Below are positions 1 through 9,871 of a stretch of DNA of 39,276 bases, in pieces. The stretch lies in sequence record SRR31156797_10951. One strand, written 5' to 3'. Numbering within the stretch: position 1 is the stretch's first letter; each line of letters begins with the position of its first letter. The notes beneath the pieces were generated by a model, which saw only the letters and a list, made by a program, of their open reading frames with translations, was not told where the DNA came from and did not search any database. A program made the translations under genes and the position numbers.

Positions 1-75
1 CTGAATTTGTTTTTTCAGGTCCAGACAGGTCTGTTCGTCACTAACCAAAAGATGGCGGGCAGTTGCTTTTGCCAT
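1..75 (-). CDS. ppiC: Parvulin-type peptidyl-prolyl cis-trans isomerase, 5' part only (runs off the window edge)
   Basis: Not in the ORF track. The minus strand from ATG at 75 reads MAKATARHLLVSDEQTCLDLKKQIQ, matching the parvulin N-terminus (A-R-H-[IL]-L-V). An AGGAG Shine-Dalgarno (SD) lies at 83-87. Confidence 0.85.
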   Translation of the reverse strand, partial: MAKATARHLLVSDEQTCLDLKKQIQ

Positions 76-157
76 GTGCATGCTCCTGTAAGTTTGAATG
101 TAAAAGTTTAATAAACCATATAAGTTGAAAAATGACAGTTACGAATTGAAAGCTGTT

Positions 158-742
158 TTACAGCCCCTTCTTCTTCTCAATCCACTTGTCCACATGTGGC
201 GGGTCGTAGGTGGCGAACTGGTCCAGCAGGGTTGCGGGGTCGGATGCGCTCAAGACCATTTTGCGGTGTTCGGGGATGACAAAACCTTCATCAACCATGC
301 GGTTCATGTGGTCGGTCATGCAGCTGTAATAGCCGTTTACATCCAGCAGGCCGCACGGCTTGGCGTGGTAGCCGAGCTGATTCCACGTCAGGGCTTCGAA
401 GAATTCTTCGAGCGTGCCGAGTCCGCCGGGCAGGGCGATGAAACCGTCAGAAAGATCGGCCATCTTCTGCTTGCGTTCGTGCATGGAAGTAACCACGTGG
501 CTTTCGGTCAGGCCTGTGTGGGCCACTTCCTTTTCAACCAGCAGTTTGGGGATGACGCCGATGACTTCGCCGCCGGCTTCTAAACAGGTGTTGGCAAGAC
601 GGCCCATGAGTCCGGTGCTGGACCCGCCATAGACAAGGCCGAGACCTCGGTTGGCCAGTTCCTTGGCCAGCGTCTCGGCGCATTCGCCATAAGCCGGATT
701 TGTTCCGGGGTTGGAGCCGAGATAGACGCAGATTCTTTTCAT
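158..742 (-). CDS. LOG family (TIGR00730-type) nucleotide phosphoribohydrolase
   Basis: Motifs LVYGG..GLMG, MHERK and PGGLGTLEE. The start overlaps the stop of the upstream aldolase gene by 1 nt. Confidence 0.92.
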   Translation of the reverse strand: MKRICVYLGSNPGTNPAYGECAETLAKELANRGLGLVYGGSSTGLMGRLANTCLEAGGEVIGVIPKLLVEKEVAHTGLTESHVVTSMHERKQKMADLSDGFIALPGGLGTLEEFFEALTWNQLGYHAKPCGLLDVNGYYSCMTDHMNRMVDEGFVIPEHRKMVLSASDPATLLDQFATYDPPHVDKWIEKKKGL

Positions 743-1779
743 TAAATTGCCTTGATAGCCTTTTCGATGTCAGCCACGAATTCGTCAACCATTGCTTCGG
801 TAGTGGCCCATGAGGTCATCCAGCGGACAGTGTGGTCGTGTTCGTCCCAGACATAAAAGTAATATTTTTCATGAAGAATTTCAGTTGCCTCAGGCGGGAT
901 GGAGGCAAACATGGCGTTGCAGTCCACGCTGCCCTTGATCGTGACGCCATCAATGGCACCGGCTTTGTCAGCCAGTCGTTTTGCCATGGCGTTGGCGTGG
1001 CGGGCGTTCTCCAACCACAGATCATCGGCCAGATACCGTTCCAGCTGGGCAGACACGAAGCGCATCTTCGAGACAAGCTGCATGGCCTGCTTGCGGAGAT
1101 ACTTGAATCCTTCGCCGATGTTTGGCTTGAGGAAGATGACGGCCTCGCCCATGAGACAGCCGTTCTTGGTGCCGCCGAACGAGATGAAATCAACATCAAG
1201 AGCCGTGGTCATGTCGAAGAATGAACAATCCAGTGCGGCGCAGGCATTGGCGATGCGTGCTCCGTCCATGTGCAACAGCAGGTCGCGGTCATGGGCGAAT
1301 TCCACGAGGTCTTCGATCTCTTTTAGTGTATAGAGCTTGCCCAATTCCGTGGGCTGGGTGATCGAAATAACCTTTGGCTGTGAGGCGTGGACGAATCCAA
1401 CATGGCCGAGATACGGAGCAATGGCACCGGGGGTGAGCTTGCCGTCTTCGGACGGGATGGGAACGAGCTTGATGCCGCCGAAAGCTTCGGGTGCGCCACA
1501 TTCGTCGTTGTTGATATGCGCTTGTGCCGCACACAAAACCGAATTGTAGGTCTGAGTCACGGTGCGCAGACCAAGGACGTTGGCAGCGGTGCCGGTAGTC
1601 ACATAATGAATACTGGCTTGAGAACCGAAATATTCCTTGAACACTTCATCGGTATGGATGGATATTTCATCGTCGCCGTAGGACTTCAGGAAACCTTCGT
1701 TGGCTTTGATCATGGCTTCCATGATGGCCGGATGTGCGCCGGAATTATTATCGCTGGCAAATGATTTCAATGCACTCAT
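742..1779 (-). CDS. ltaE: Low-specificity L-threonine aldolase (PLP-dependent)
   Basis: Motifs FASDN, YGDD, TGTAAN, HMDGAR and SFGGTKNG (PLP lysine). Confidence 0.9.
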   Translation of the reverse strand: MSALKSFASDNNSGAHPAIMEAMIKANEGFLKSYGDDEISIHTDEVFKEYFGSQASIHYVTTGTAANVLGLRTVTQTYNSVLCAAQAHINNDECGAPEAFGGIKLVPIPSEDGKLTPGAIAPYLGHVGFVHASQPKVISITQPTELGKLYTLKEIEDLVEFAHDRDLLLHMDGARIANACAALDCSFFDMTTALDVDFISFGGTKNGCLMGEAVIFLKPNIGEGFKYLRKQAMQLVSKMRFVSAQLERYLADDLWLENARHANAMAKRLADKAGAIDGVTIKGSVDCNAMFASIPPEATEILHEKYYFYVWDEHDHTVRWMTSWATTEAMVDEFVADIEKAIKAI

Positions 1780-1784
1780 GATGA

Positions 1785-2363
1785 TTACTCCAGCCCGAAA
1801 AAGGTTCGGGCCGCTTTGTGTTTCAAAATTGAATCGGCAAGGGCGATGTATCCGGCAGCCGTTGGATGCACGGTGTCGCCGTCACTCAAGGCCTGCTCGT
1901 ATACTGCGGAACTTTCCATGCTGTCAAAGGTCGAGATGGCCGGGATAGCAAGCTCGTCGCAGAGTCGGGCTATTTCGACGGTCAAAGCTTTGATGCGCGT
2001 GTTTTTGTGAGTATCCGAGACAGGGGGCGGGCCGATAAACAGGACACCGCCTTTTGCTTGCGCCGTGCTCAGGATGTTTCGGGCGGCCTTCAACGATTCC
2101 TGAAGTGGAACATCGTTCATGATGTCGGCCACGCCGAAGCTGAAGACGAACCGGCTCTCCATGCCCTCTATGGTGCGGGAGGCCGCTTCACTCAGCCAAC
2201 GGTCTTGCAGCCGGATGGTTGTATCCTTGCGCACACCGAGGTTGTAGCCAGTGATGTCCTTCCTATTTATTGCGAGCGAGGCGGTGATGCGTCCGGGCCA
2301 GCCAAGGCCCGTCTCATCGCCATAGCCCAACGTGAGGGAGTCACCGAAAAAAAAGACGATCAT
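1785..2363 (-). CDS. SGNH/GDSL-family hydrolase
   Basis: FFGDSLT block I, NLGV block II and catalytic DxxH (DTVHP). Confidence 0.88.
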   Translation of the reverse strand: MIVFFFGDSLTLGYGDETGLGWPGRITASLAINRKDITGYNLGVRKDTTIRLQDRWLSEAASRTIEGMESRFVFSFGVADIMNDVPLQESLKAARNILSTAQAKGGVLFIGPPPVSDTHKNTRIKALTVEIARLCDELAIPAISTFDSMESSAVYEQALSDGDTVHPTAAGYIALADSILKHKAARTFFGLE

Positions 2364-2366
2364 AAG

Positions 2367-2816
2367 TTATTCCTTGATCCGTGCGGATATGTTTTCGACA
2401 TCAATGGCGTAGACAGTCGTGGCAGGAAGGGCCGCTTCCTTGTAGGGAAGTTGTTTACCGAGATGTTTGACCGTCAGCAAATCCAGACCGTGCATTTTTT
2501 CGTCGTCGTCAACGAGTCGGGGAGTGCCGTGGCCCATGACGGAACGGAAAAGGTAACCTTGATCACAGGCGTTGTCGCCGCCTTGACGCATGCGAACGTC
2601 CACGGCAGTTGAGAAGGCTACCGTCGCACCTGTGTTCAGGCAGGCAGCCTTGCGGCCACGTTTGCCGGAATGGATGTAGATGACGTTTCCTTCCGCCGCA
2701 AAGTTGACGGGAACGCAGTACGGCCCGTCATTATCGGTCAGAGCAAGCCAAAGGACATCAGCTTTGGCCAGAATATCTGCGATAGCGGTTTCGTTTTCAG
2801 TGTATCCTTTGCGCAT
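2367..2816 (-). CDS. Pyridoxamine 5'-phosphate oxidase-like (NimA/FMN-binding split barrel) protein
   Basis: Motifs PYCVPVNF, IYIHSGKRGRK and FRSVMGHG. Start moved to ATG 2816 because an AGGGAG SD precedes it. Confidence 0.85.
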   Translation of the reverse strand: MRKGYTENETAIADILAKADVLWLALTDNDGPYCVPVNFAAEGNVIYIHSGKRGRKAACLNTGATVAFSTAVDVRMRQGGDNACDQGYLFRSVMGHGTPRLVDDDEKMHGLDLLTVKHLGKQLPYKEAALPATTVYAIDVENISARIKE

Positions 2817-2983
2817 GAGGATTCTCCCTTGAGTGTGTTTTGAGCCACACGTTTTATGAATCACCCGAAGCCGGAAGACAACCTTTGTGGTTCAAAAAAA
2901 ACAGGCTGAGACTGTCGGGTAAACAATGATTGCTCTGTGTGGAAATATTGTTATAATGCCGCTGTTAAAACCGGGAGATACCC

Positions 2984-4357
2984 ATGAGCCGATCCAGAGA
3001 TAATCAACTACCTATTCACTACCTGCTGAACTCCTTTGACAGTTTTTTCAAGATGGAGGCAGCGGGTGGCATCGCCCTGATGATTTGTACGATAGCGGCA
3101 TTGGCCTGGGCCAATTCGCCGTGGGCCGAAAGTTACCACGCCTTATGGCAGACCAAAATTACCGTGGGATTCGGCAGTTGGGTGCTTTCCAAAGCGGCCA
3201 TACTGTGGATCAATGACGGGCTGATGGCCATATTCTTTTTTCTGGTCGGTCTGGAAATCAAACGAGAGCTTCTGGTGGGCGGGTTGTCCACCCCGAGTCA
3301 GACGATTATGCCTGTGGCTGCAGCCATAGGTGGTATGGCCGTTCCCGCGCTTATCTTTGTTTCGATGAATGCAGGACAGGAATCCGCGGCTGGTTGGGGT
3401 ATTCCCATGGCCACGGATATTGCTTTTGCGCTCGGCATCATGTCTCTTCTGGGCAACCGCGTGCCGTTGGGTGTCAAAATTTTTCTTACTGCCGTCGCTA
3501 TTGTGGATGATATCGGGGCCATTCTTGTTATCGCCATTTTTTATACAACATCGTTGAACCTGACAGCATTATCCGTTGGTTTGGTGGTGCTTGGCCTTAT
3601 GGCAATTCTCAATTTGCGATGGGGAATCCGTCATTCCATTCCGTATCTGGTACTCGGGGTTATCGTCTGGTTTGCCTTCCTTCTGTCCGGTATCCACGCG
3701 ACCATTGCGGGTGTGCTGGCGGCCATGACCATTCCCGCCGGGACACGGATGAATTGTTCCACGTTTGTTGAGGAACTGCGACACGCTGCCGAAGTCTTTG
3801 AATTGGCGATCACACCGGGGAAGACCGTGTTGACCAACAAGGAACAGCAGATGGCCTTGCATTCGTTGGAGCACGCATATGAGGCTGCGACAACACCATT
3901 GCAGAACATCGAACATGCCTTGCATCCATGGGTATCATTTTTCATTATGCCGATTTTTGCTTTTGCCAATGCAGGGGTTGCATTGGAGTCTGACGTCCTG
4001 AGTGAATTGCTCACACCGGTGTCGCTTGGTATTTTCTTTGGGCTTGTCTTGGGCAAGCAAATTGGTGTGACCGGTGCCTGCTGGGTGGTCAACAAACTTG
4101 GTTGGGCTGAATTCCCAGACCGAACGACGCTTGTTCACTTGTGGGGAGCGGCTTGTCTGGCTGGTGTCGGATTCACCATGTCCATTTTCATCGCCAACCT
4201 TGCTTTTGCTGATGCGGCGCGATTGGTAGAACTTTCCAAGATCGCCATCCTTTTCGCCTCATTAGTTTCAGGAGTGGCTGGCTATGTCGTTTTGAAGTAC
4301 ATGGCACCGGATGCTTCTGGAGCCGGAGAGACGACAGGGGAAAAGATTCCTGAATAA
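2984..4357 (+). CDS. nhaA: Na+/H+ antiporter NhaA
   Basis: Motifs WINDGLMAIFF, GLEIKRE, GWGIPMATDIAFA, AIVDD and GFTMSIFI. GGGAG SD. Confidence 0.96.
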   Translation: MSRSRDNQLPIHYLLNSFDSFFKMEAAGGIALMICTIAALAWANSPWAESYHALWQTKITVGFGSWVLSKAAILWINDGLMAIFFFLVGLEIKRELLVGGLSTPSQTIMPVAAAIGGMAVPALIFVSMNAGQESAAGWGIPMATDIAFALGIMSLLGNRVPLGVKIFLTAVAIVDDIGAILVIAIFYTTSLNLTALSVGLVVLGLMAILNLRWGIRHSIPYLVLGVIVWFAFLLSGIHATIAGVLAAMTIPAGTRMNCSTFVEELRHAAEVFELAITPGKTVLTNKEQQMALHSLEHAYEAATTPLQNIEHALHPWVSFFIMPIFAFANAGVALESDVLSELLTPVSLGIFFGLVLGKQIGVTGACWVVNKLGWAEFPDRTTLVHLWGAACLAGVGFTMSIFIANLAFADAARLVELSKIAILFASLVSGVAGYVVLKYMAPDASGAGETTGEKIPE

Positions 4358-4376
4358 GATCGGGAAAAAAAGCAGT

Positions 4377-4409
4377 AACCCCGGTACACGAAAATGTGCC
4401 GGGTTTTTT
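4377..4409 (+). terminator. Intrinsic terminator after nhaA
   Basis: Hairpin CCCGGTACA-cgaaaa-TGTGCCGGG followed by T6, between convergent genes. Confidence 0.75.
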
Positions 4410-4411
4410 GT

Positions 4412-4681
4412 TTAGAAATCCATCAGCCCGAGCGGGTCGAGATCAGACAGTTCTACGCGGACAAAGGTGTAGACATCGAAGAACAGGTCTTTGGTGATGT
4501 CGTTCAGAAGCCATTCGCTGCCCGTGCCAAATGAGTTCCAGAGTTCTGTTTCGATCCCTTGCCGTACCTTGAATCGTACGGTGTCCACATCGGGATCGGC
4601 TCCGCAGAGATGTGTCTGCATGAGTGGTACAAGGCCACAGGTTACGTGTTGAACGTCGATAATATCTTTGTCGTCGATCAT
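4412..4681 (-). CDS. Small hypothetical protein (89 aa), possible TusA/SirA-like fold
   Basis: Starts 2 nt after the mnmE stop, with AGGA inside the end of mnmE. N-terminal IIDVQHVTCG resembles the TusA D-x4-C motif. The fold call is inference. Confidence 0.7.
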   Translation of the reverse strand: MIDDKDIIDVQHVTCGLVPLMQTHLCGADPDVDTVRFKVRQGIETELWNSFGTGSEWLLNDITKDLFFDVYTFVRVELSDLDPLGLMDF

Positions 4682-4683
4682 GA

Positions 4684-6075
4684 TTATTTTCCTATGCAGA
4701 ATGCGTCGAAAATGGAGTTCAGGACATCGTTGGATGCGATTTCACCCGTAATGCCGGACAATGTGTTGCAAGCGGTTTCCAGCCTGACACTTAAAAGATC
4801 GTAGGGGATTCCGGCTGCTGTATCCTGTTCAAGTTCGGCCAACTCACGGGCCGCTTCACCGAGTACGGCAGCCTGCCGTGCATTGGGAGCGAGTTCGTCC
4901 GGGTCGGGTTGACCTGCGCCTTGAAGAATTCGGTCGCGGATCCGTGCACAGAGCGTATCGATATCCGTCCCTTTCTTGGCGGAAATGGAGAGCGTTTCTA
5001 GGTCGTGAGTAACCATTTGCGCGGCGTTGCTCGTGTCAAAACCGTCCAGATCGGACTTGTTGAGCACCAGCAACGTTTTTTGTGGGTTAAGATTGGCTGC
5101 CGTGGATATGGTCTCATCGGTCAGCCGCGCAGTACCGTCGGCCAGCAACAGGACAAGGTCAGCCTGATTCATTAGTTCGCGGCCTTTTTCCAACCCTGCG
5201 GCTTCGATGGCGTCGTTTGTTTGTCGGATGCCAGCCGTATCTGCGAGCCTGATATTCAATCCATCAAGGTTGATGGATTCCTCAAGGTAGTCTCGGGTTG
5301 TACCGGGCTGATCTGTGACGATGGCACGATTGCGGCCGAGCAGTGCGTTCATCAGGCTTGATTTGCCTGCATTGACTCGACCAGCCAAGACGACCAGCGC
5401 GCCTTCGCGCCACGCTTTGGTGCGGTCTACGGCAGAAAGAAGTTCATTGATTTCAGTGCGAACAGACGCAGAGGTTTTGATCAGCTCTTCAGGAGAAAGA
5501 CATTCGATTTCGTCTTCTGGAAAGTCCACGGCTATGCAGAGTTGGGCACGTAGATGTTCCAGCCGCGCCCGGAGGTCGGCAATCTTTTGGCCGAGTAAGC
5601 CTGAGAGTTTGACCTGCGCCAAATGCATGGCTGCCTTGGTGGGAGCGTGGATCATTTCTGCCACAGCTTCTGCCTGAGAGAGGTCCATGCGTCCGTTCAT
5701 GAAAGAGCGGTAGGTAAACTCGCCGCGTTCGGCAAGTCGGACGCCTTTGTGCAGGATTTCATCTAACACGGCGGAGAGGACAGCTCGGCCTCCGTGACAG
5801 TTGATTTCCACCACGTCTTCACCTGTGTACGAGTTGGGGCCTGGCATGTAGGCACACAAAACGTCATCCAGTTCATTGCCGTCTGTATCAAGTACGTGGC
5901 CGTAATGAAGACGGTACGGGGTGAAATCGGTGAAGTGTTGGTTTGCAGCCCGGAAGAGGGCATTGGCAACAGTGCGGCATTGGCTGCCGCTGATTCGGAT
6001 GATGCCTACACCGCCATCTCCCGGCGGAGTCGCAATAGCGGCAATGGTGTCGTTGGCGAGTCGTGGATTAAGCAT
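4684..6075 (-). CDS. mnmE: tRNA U34 modification GTPase MnmE (TrmE)
   Basis: Motifs DTIAAIATPPG, SYTGEDVVEINCHG, GRVNAGKSS, GTTRD, DTAG, NKSD and C-terminal FCIGK. Confidence 0.98.
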   Translation of the reverse strand: MLNPRLANDTIAAIATPPGDGGVGIIRISGSQCRTVANALFRAANQHFTDFTPYRLHYGHVLDTDGNELDDVLCAYMPGPNSYTGEDVVEINCHGGRAVLSAVLDEILHKGVRLAERGEFTYRSFMNGRMDLSQAEAVAEMIHAPTKAAMHLAQVKLSGLLGQKIADLRARLEHLRAQLCIAVDFPEDEIECLSPEELIKTSASVRTEINELLSAVDRTKAWREGALVVLAGRVNAGKSSLMNALLGRNRAIVTDQPGTTRDYLEESINLDGLNIRLADTAGIRQTNDAIEAAGLEKGRELMNQADLVLLLADGTARLTDETISTAANLNPQKTLLVLNKSDLDGFDTSNAAQMVTHDLETLSISAKKGTDIDTLCARIRDRILQGAGQPDPDELAPNARQAAVLGEAARELAELEQDTAAGIPYDLLSVRLETACNTLSGITGEIASNDVLNSIFDAFCIGK

Positions 6076-6114
6076 GAGGGTGGTTATAGGCCTTTTTCGT
6101 GAAAGGCAAAAGAG

Positions 6115-6144
6115 AAAAGGGCCGCTTTTGAAAGCGGCCCTTTT
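6115..6144 (-). terminator. Intrinsic terminator between jag and mnmE
   Basis: Perfect inverted repeat AAAAGGGCCGCTTT-tg-AAAGCGGCCCTTTT. Confidence 0.75.
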
Positions 6145-6174
6145 GATTTCGTTGAGTCATTTGAAGCCAGAACA

Positions 6175-7197
6175 TTAGTCGCGAACGCGATTTCCGTTCT
6201 TACGGCTTTTGGGAACGATCAGAACGCGCTTCATGGGACCGTCGCCCTTGGAGCGAGTGAAGACAGTCTCGTTTTCCTGAAGTGCCAGATGGACCACGCG
6301 ACGATGGTAGGAAGACAAAGGCTTGGTAGACTGGGTACGTCCCAGATTACCGGCCTTTTCAGCCAGATGACATGCAATCTGGCGGAGTTTGTCGTCCTGA
6401 CGTTCGCGGTAGTCTCCGGTGTCCACCTGAATACGGACAGAGGCTTCCATCTTGCGAGAGACGAGGCGATTGACCAGATATTGGATGGAAGAGAGGGTTT
6501 GTCCCTCGCGACCGATAATCAGACCGGAATTTTCGTCATCGTCAATGAAGACTTTGACCCGGTCGGATTCAATGGTGACCTTGATGGTCGTTTCGCCGAC
6601 AATAGGGTCGAGCAATTTGACCATGACTTCCATGACAGCAGCTTCAAGTACTGTTGGATCAAAATCAGCCATGTTGGCACGTGGACGCTCTTCGCGTTGT
6701 TCACGTGGTTTGCGTTCACGAGGTCTGCGGTCGCGTTGCGGCCTGTCTTCACGAGGTTTGGCCTGTCTGGGCTTGCGTTCGCGAGGCTTTCGAGCTGGGC
6801 GTGGAGCATCCTCAGGAGGTGCTACGTTACCGTTAACGTCATTGTATACTTCTTCTACAATAAGGTTGCCGTTAGGCTCTTCTGCGACTTCTTCGACAGG
6901 TTGTGGTTTGGGCTTCGCCTTTGGTTTTGCCTTGGGTTTAGGCGCAGCCTTGGGCTTTGCTTCGCGTTTCGGTTTAACTGGCTTCTCTTCGGTGTTGAGA
7001 ATATCCGTGGCATTGACCTGAGCGCGAGGACGGGCGTGTACCTTGGCTTTTTTGACACCCATGATGCCGAATATGCCGCTGGAACCGCCAGCCAGGATTT
7101 CGATTTCCAGCCGGTCCCGCTTGAGATTAAAATAATCGCAAGCAGACTCTATGGCGTCGTCCAGGTCCTTGCCCTGGAATTCTTTAAAGTCACTCAT
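6175..7197 (-). CDS. jag: Jag/EloR (KhpB) RNA-binding protein (Jag_N, KH, R3H)
   Basis: N-terminal EFQGKDLDDAI..GIFG, KH motif IIGREGQTL and R3H motif RRVVH. Conserved position after yidC. Confidence 0.93.
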   Translation of the reverse strand: MSDFKEFQGKDLDDAIESACDYFNLKRDRLEIEILAGGSSGIFGIMGVKKAKVHARPRAQVNATDILNTEEKPVKPKREAKPKAAPKPKAKPKAKPKPQPVEEVAEEPNGNLIVEEVYNDVNGNVAPPEDAPRPARKPRERKPRQAKPREDRPQRDRRPRERKPREQREERPRANMADFDPTVLEAAVMEVMVKLLDPIVGETTIKVTIESDRVKVFIDDDENSGLIIGREGQTLSSIQYLVNRLVSRKMEASVRIQVDTGDYRERQDDKLRQIACHLAEKAGNLGRTQSTKPLSSYHRRVVHLALQENETVFTRSKGDGPMKRVLIVPKSRKNGNRVRD

Positions 7198-7242
7198 TGT
7201 GTGTATCCTTCTCAGCCGGGGTAAAAGCCCCCGGAGGCGATG

Positions 7243-8895
7243 TTAAGCGTCCAGAGTCGCCTTCTTGGTGGATCTGGCGATCATAAGCTGCTGTCCGATG
7301 GACAGGAGGTTGTTAAACAACCAGTATACGACCAGACCTGAAGGGAACTGCAGGAACATGAAGGTGAAGATGAGCGGCATGAACAGCATGATTTTCTGCT
7401 GAGTCGGGTCACCGGCACTGGGGGTCATCTTCTGCTGCAGGAACATGGACGCACCCATAATAATGGGTGTGATGTAATACGGGTCCTTGGCGGACAGGTC
7501 GGCCAACCAGGGCAGGTCGGTAAAAGGCAGATGCGCGATAAACGGTGCATGCCTGAGTTCAACTGCGCCGAGCAGAGCCTTGTACAGACCGAAGAAAACC
7601 GGAATCTGTACGACCATGGGCAAACAACCGCCCATTGGATTGACCTTGTATGTTTTATACAGGGCCATGGTTTCCTGATTGAGACGTTGCTTGTCGTCGC
7701 CGTATTTTTCGCGGAGCTTCTGGACCATGGGTTGCAGTTTTTTCATCTGCTCCATGGAGCCGTAACTCTTCTGGGACAGAGGCCAGAAGATCAGCTTGAT
7801 GATGATTGTCAGAATAATGATGGCAATACCATAGTTGCCAATGTAGCCGTAGAAGAAGTTCAGGCCGATGAGAAGCGGTTTTGCCAGAACATCGAACCAA
7901 CCGAAATTGACGGCTTCTGCCAACTCATTGGGCATTTTGGCAAGCATTTCGCGGTCGGTGGAGCCGATGAAATAGGACGCTTTCAGAGTCTTGGCCACGT
8001 TGGGCATGAAGGTGGCTTCGTCGGTGACAGCCATACGGAAAACGTCATCCTGAACGCCTGCAGACAGGGAGGTATTCTCAGAGCCGGGCAGGACTGCGAA
8101 CAGGAAGTAGTTGGATTCAATGGCACCCCATTTGAGGTCGCCGGGAGCGGACAGGCCTTTTTCTTTGAGGTCGTCGCGGTCATCCAACTCTTCGCGGCCA
8201 TCCTTGGTCAGGTAAGCCACTTTGGTTGGATTGTAACGGTCATCTTCGGCGGACATGGATTTGGCCGCTGCCGTGTAGGAAAGAGAACCTTCAACGCCGG
8301 TAGCCGTCAGATTGGTAATCGTGGTGGATTCTTCAATGAGATAGGTGTCGGGGTAGAAAGTCAGTATGCGTTCGATACGGAAACCGCCGGACTGGCCGGT
8401 AAAGGTCAGAGTTTTGGCATCGTCAGTGGCGCCGATTGTCAGGTCGTTACCGGAGAAAGACCACTCACCGCGTTTCCATGTATGATATTCTTTGTCGTTT
8501 TTGGTCAGGATCAGTCCGAGGGGACCCTTGGCAAATGCCTTACGTCCGATAAGATCGACATTCGGAGAATCCGGTTCGATGGTGTCTTTGTAGTTCTTGA
8601 GGATGAACTGTTCAACAATGCCGCCTTGGGAATTGAAAACAGCAGTGTAAAGCGGAGTGTCCACCGTAACCTTGGTTCCGGCGGTGGGGATGAAATCTGT
8701 GGCAGGTGCGGCCTCGGGGGCTGCAGTCTCAGCTTGCTGTGTCAGCGTTGCTGTTTTCTGTTCGGCCTCGGCGGCCTTTTGGGCCATGGTGGCCTGTTCT
8801 TCTGCTGAGGGGCCTGTGAGATACTGCCAGCCGAAGATGACAATAAAACTTAAGACCAGGGCAATCACTAAACGGATTTGCTCCTTTTTCTCCAT
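7243..8895 (-). CDS. yidC: Membrane protein insertase YidC
   Basis: N-terminal TM, periplasmic domain, [34 protein letters not shown] and GLVVYW. Start at MEKKEQ preferred. Confidence 0.96.
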   Translation of the reverse strand: MEKKEQIRLVIALVLSFIVIFGWQYLTGPSAEEQATMAQKAAEAEQKTATLTQQAETAAPEAAPATDFIPTAGTKVTVDTPLYTAVFNSQGGIVEQFILKNYKDTIEPDSPNVDLIGRKAFAKGPLGLILTKNDKEYHTWKRGEWSFSGNDLTIGATDDAKTLTFTGQSGGFRIERILTFYPDTYLIEESTTITNLTATGVEGSLSYTAAAKSMSAEDDRYNPTKVAYLTKDGREELDDRDDLKEKGLSAPGDLKWGAIESNYFLFAVLPGSENTSLSAGVQDDVFRMAVTDEATFMPNVAKTLKASYFIGSTDREMLAKMPNELAEAVNFGWFDVLAKPLLIGLNFFYGYIGNYGIAIIILTIIIKLIFWPLSQKSYGSMEQMKKLQPMVQKLREKYGDDKQRLNQETMALYKTYKVNPMGGCLPMVVQIPVFFGLYKALLGAVELRHAPFIAHLPFTDLPWLADLSAKDPYYITPIIMGASMFLQQKMTPSAGDPTQQKIMLFMPLIFTFMFLQFPSGLVVYWLFNNLLSIGQQLMIARSTKKATLDA

Positions 8896-9146
8896 GGGAT
8901 GATTCTCGCTTTGGTTTTGAAATCGGGCCAAACGGCCGGGACGGGGTCAAAGCCCCCGCTGCAAAAAGGTTGGCAACGAAGGAGACGCCAAAGCGTGAGA
9001 AGACCCCCTTTGAATGCGCCGTGCAGGGTAACAGCTTCCATGGCGTACTCTGAGCACGTCGGATAGAACCTGCATGCCTGTGGCAGCAAGGGGGAGATGA
9101 GTTTTTGGTATAACCAAATGAGCGCTAGAAATATTGAGCGCATCAT
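8868..9146 (-). CDS. yidD: Membrane protein insertion efficiency factor YidD
   Basis: Motifs [17 protein letters not shown] and [14 protein letters not shown]. Confidence 0.95.
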   Translation of the reverse strand: MMRSIFLALIWLYQKLISPLLPQACRFYPTCSEYAMEAVTLHGAFKGGLLTLWRLLRCQPFCSGGFDPVPAVWPDFKTKARIIPWRKRSKSV

Positions 9147-9153
9147 TTCCTCT

Positions 9154-9525
9154 CTATGAGGCCGCCATTTTCGTACGTAAACGTTCGAAAACAGGGGTGA
9201 ACTCTTCTATGGTGAGAGCGAGTGTCAGCTGCTTGGCCTCAAGGTTCCGCTTGGGAACTACGACAATATCCAGAGGCAATTCAAAATCAAATTGATGCAG
9301 TCTGAAATACTCGCGCACCACCCTCTTAATACGGTTTCGCGCTACTGCATGCCCCATCTTTTTACTAACGGTGAGCCCAAGACGGAGACCGCCATGAGGC
9401 TCACCTCGCTTGCGAATGAACAGGATGAAGCTTTTTGTAAATTGCTTCTTGCCCTGTTCGTAACAAACTGTGAATTCAGGGCTTTTGAGCAGTCGGCGCT
9501 CCTTGTTCCAAGCTAGACGGCTAAT
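9154..9525 (-). CDS. rnpA: Ribonuclease P protein component; probable non-canonical ATT start overlapping the end of rpmH
   Basis: The frame reads [25 protein letters not shown]...[25 protein letters not shown] (RNR motif). The ORF track captures only the part from the internal ATG at 9357. The start position is inferred. Confidence 0.88.
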   Translation of the reverse strand: MSRLAWNKERRLLKSPEFTVCYEQGKKQFTKSFILFIRKRGEPHGGLRLGLTVSKKMGHAVARNRIKRVVREYFRLHQFDFELPLDIVVVPKRNLEAKQLTLALTIEEFTPVFERLRTKMAAS

Positions 9526-9647
9526 CTCTTACGCCCTTTGGCGCGGCGGCGACGAAGAACGGCGCGACCGTTTTTGGTGCGGGAGCGCACCAGGAAACCG
9601 TGGGTTCTTTTACGACGGCATTTGCTGGGCTGGTAAGTACGTTTCAT
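9513..9647 (-). CDS. rpmH: 50S ribosomal protein L34
   Basis: Not in the ORF track. Translates to [44 protein letters not shown], with an AGGAG SD. Confidence 0.98.
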   Translation of the reverse strand: MKRTYQPSKCRRKRTHGFLVRSRTKNGRAVLRRRRAKGRKRLAV

Positions 9648-9700
9648 ATCTATATTCTCCTAAAGAGTGAAAATTTGCTAAAAGTCATGTTGAACGGAAG

Positions 9701-9729
9701 CATATAACCGCTGCTCCAATGGCAGTCAA
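9701..9729 (-). promoter_or_regulatory. Putative sigma70 promoter of the rpmH operon
   Basis: Minus strand TTGACT-17 nt-TATATG upstream of rpmH. Confidence 0.6.
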
Positions 9730-9871
9730 GACCAAATTTTGATCAATGCTCCGACCACCGCTTTCGACTGACCGGGAATTCTGCTACAGGTTTTCTCAAC
9801 GGAAGGCGAGTAAAAAAAACGCATTTTTCCGTTTCGTCACATATAATCATTATAATATACGGAGAAACATC

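Noticed and set aside
7217-7235. GC hairpin between yidC and jag
   Set aside because: Short stem with no U-tract after it; at most an mRNA stability or processing element.
6289-8808. Antisense ORFs of 311 and 425 aa over jag and yidC
   Set aside because: Shadow ORFs of well-supported genes.
9154-9357. rnpA as a truncated 67-aa gene or pseudogene
   Set aside because: The conserved N-terminal half is intact and in frame up to 9525; only the start codon is atypical.
9650-9870. oriC upstream of rpmH
   Set aside because: No DnaA-box cluster and no dnaA gene in this intergenic region.
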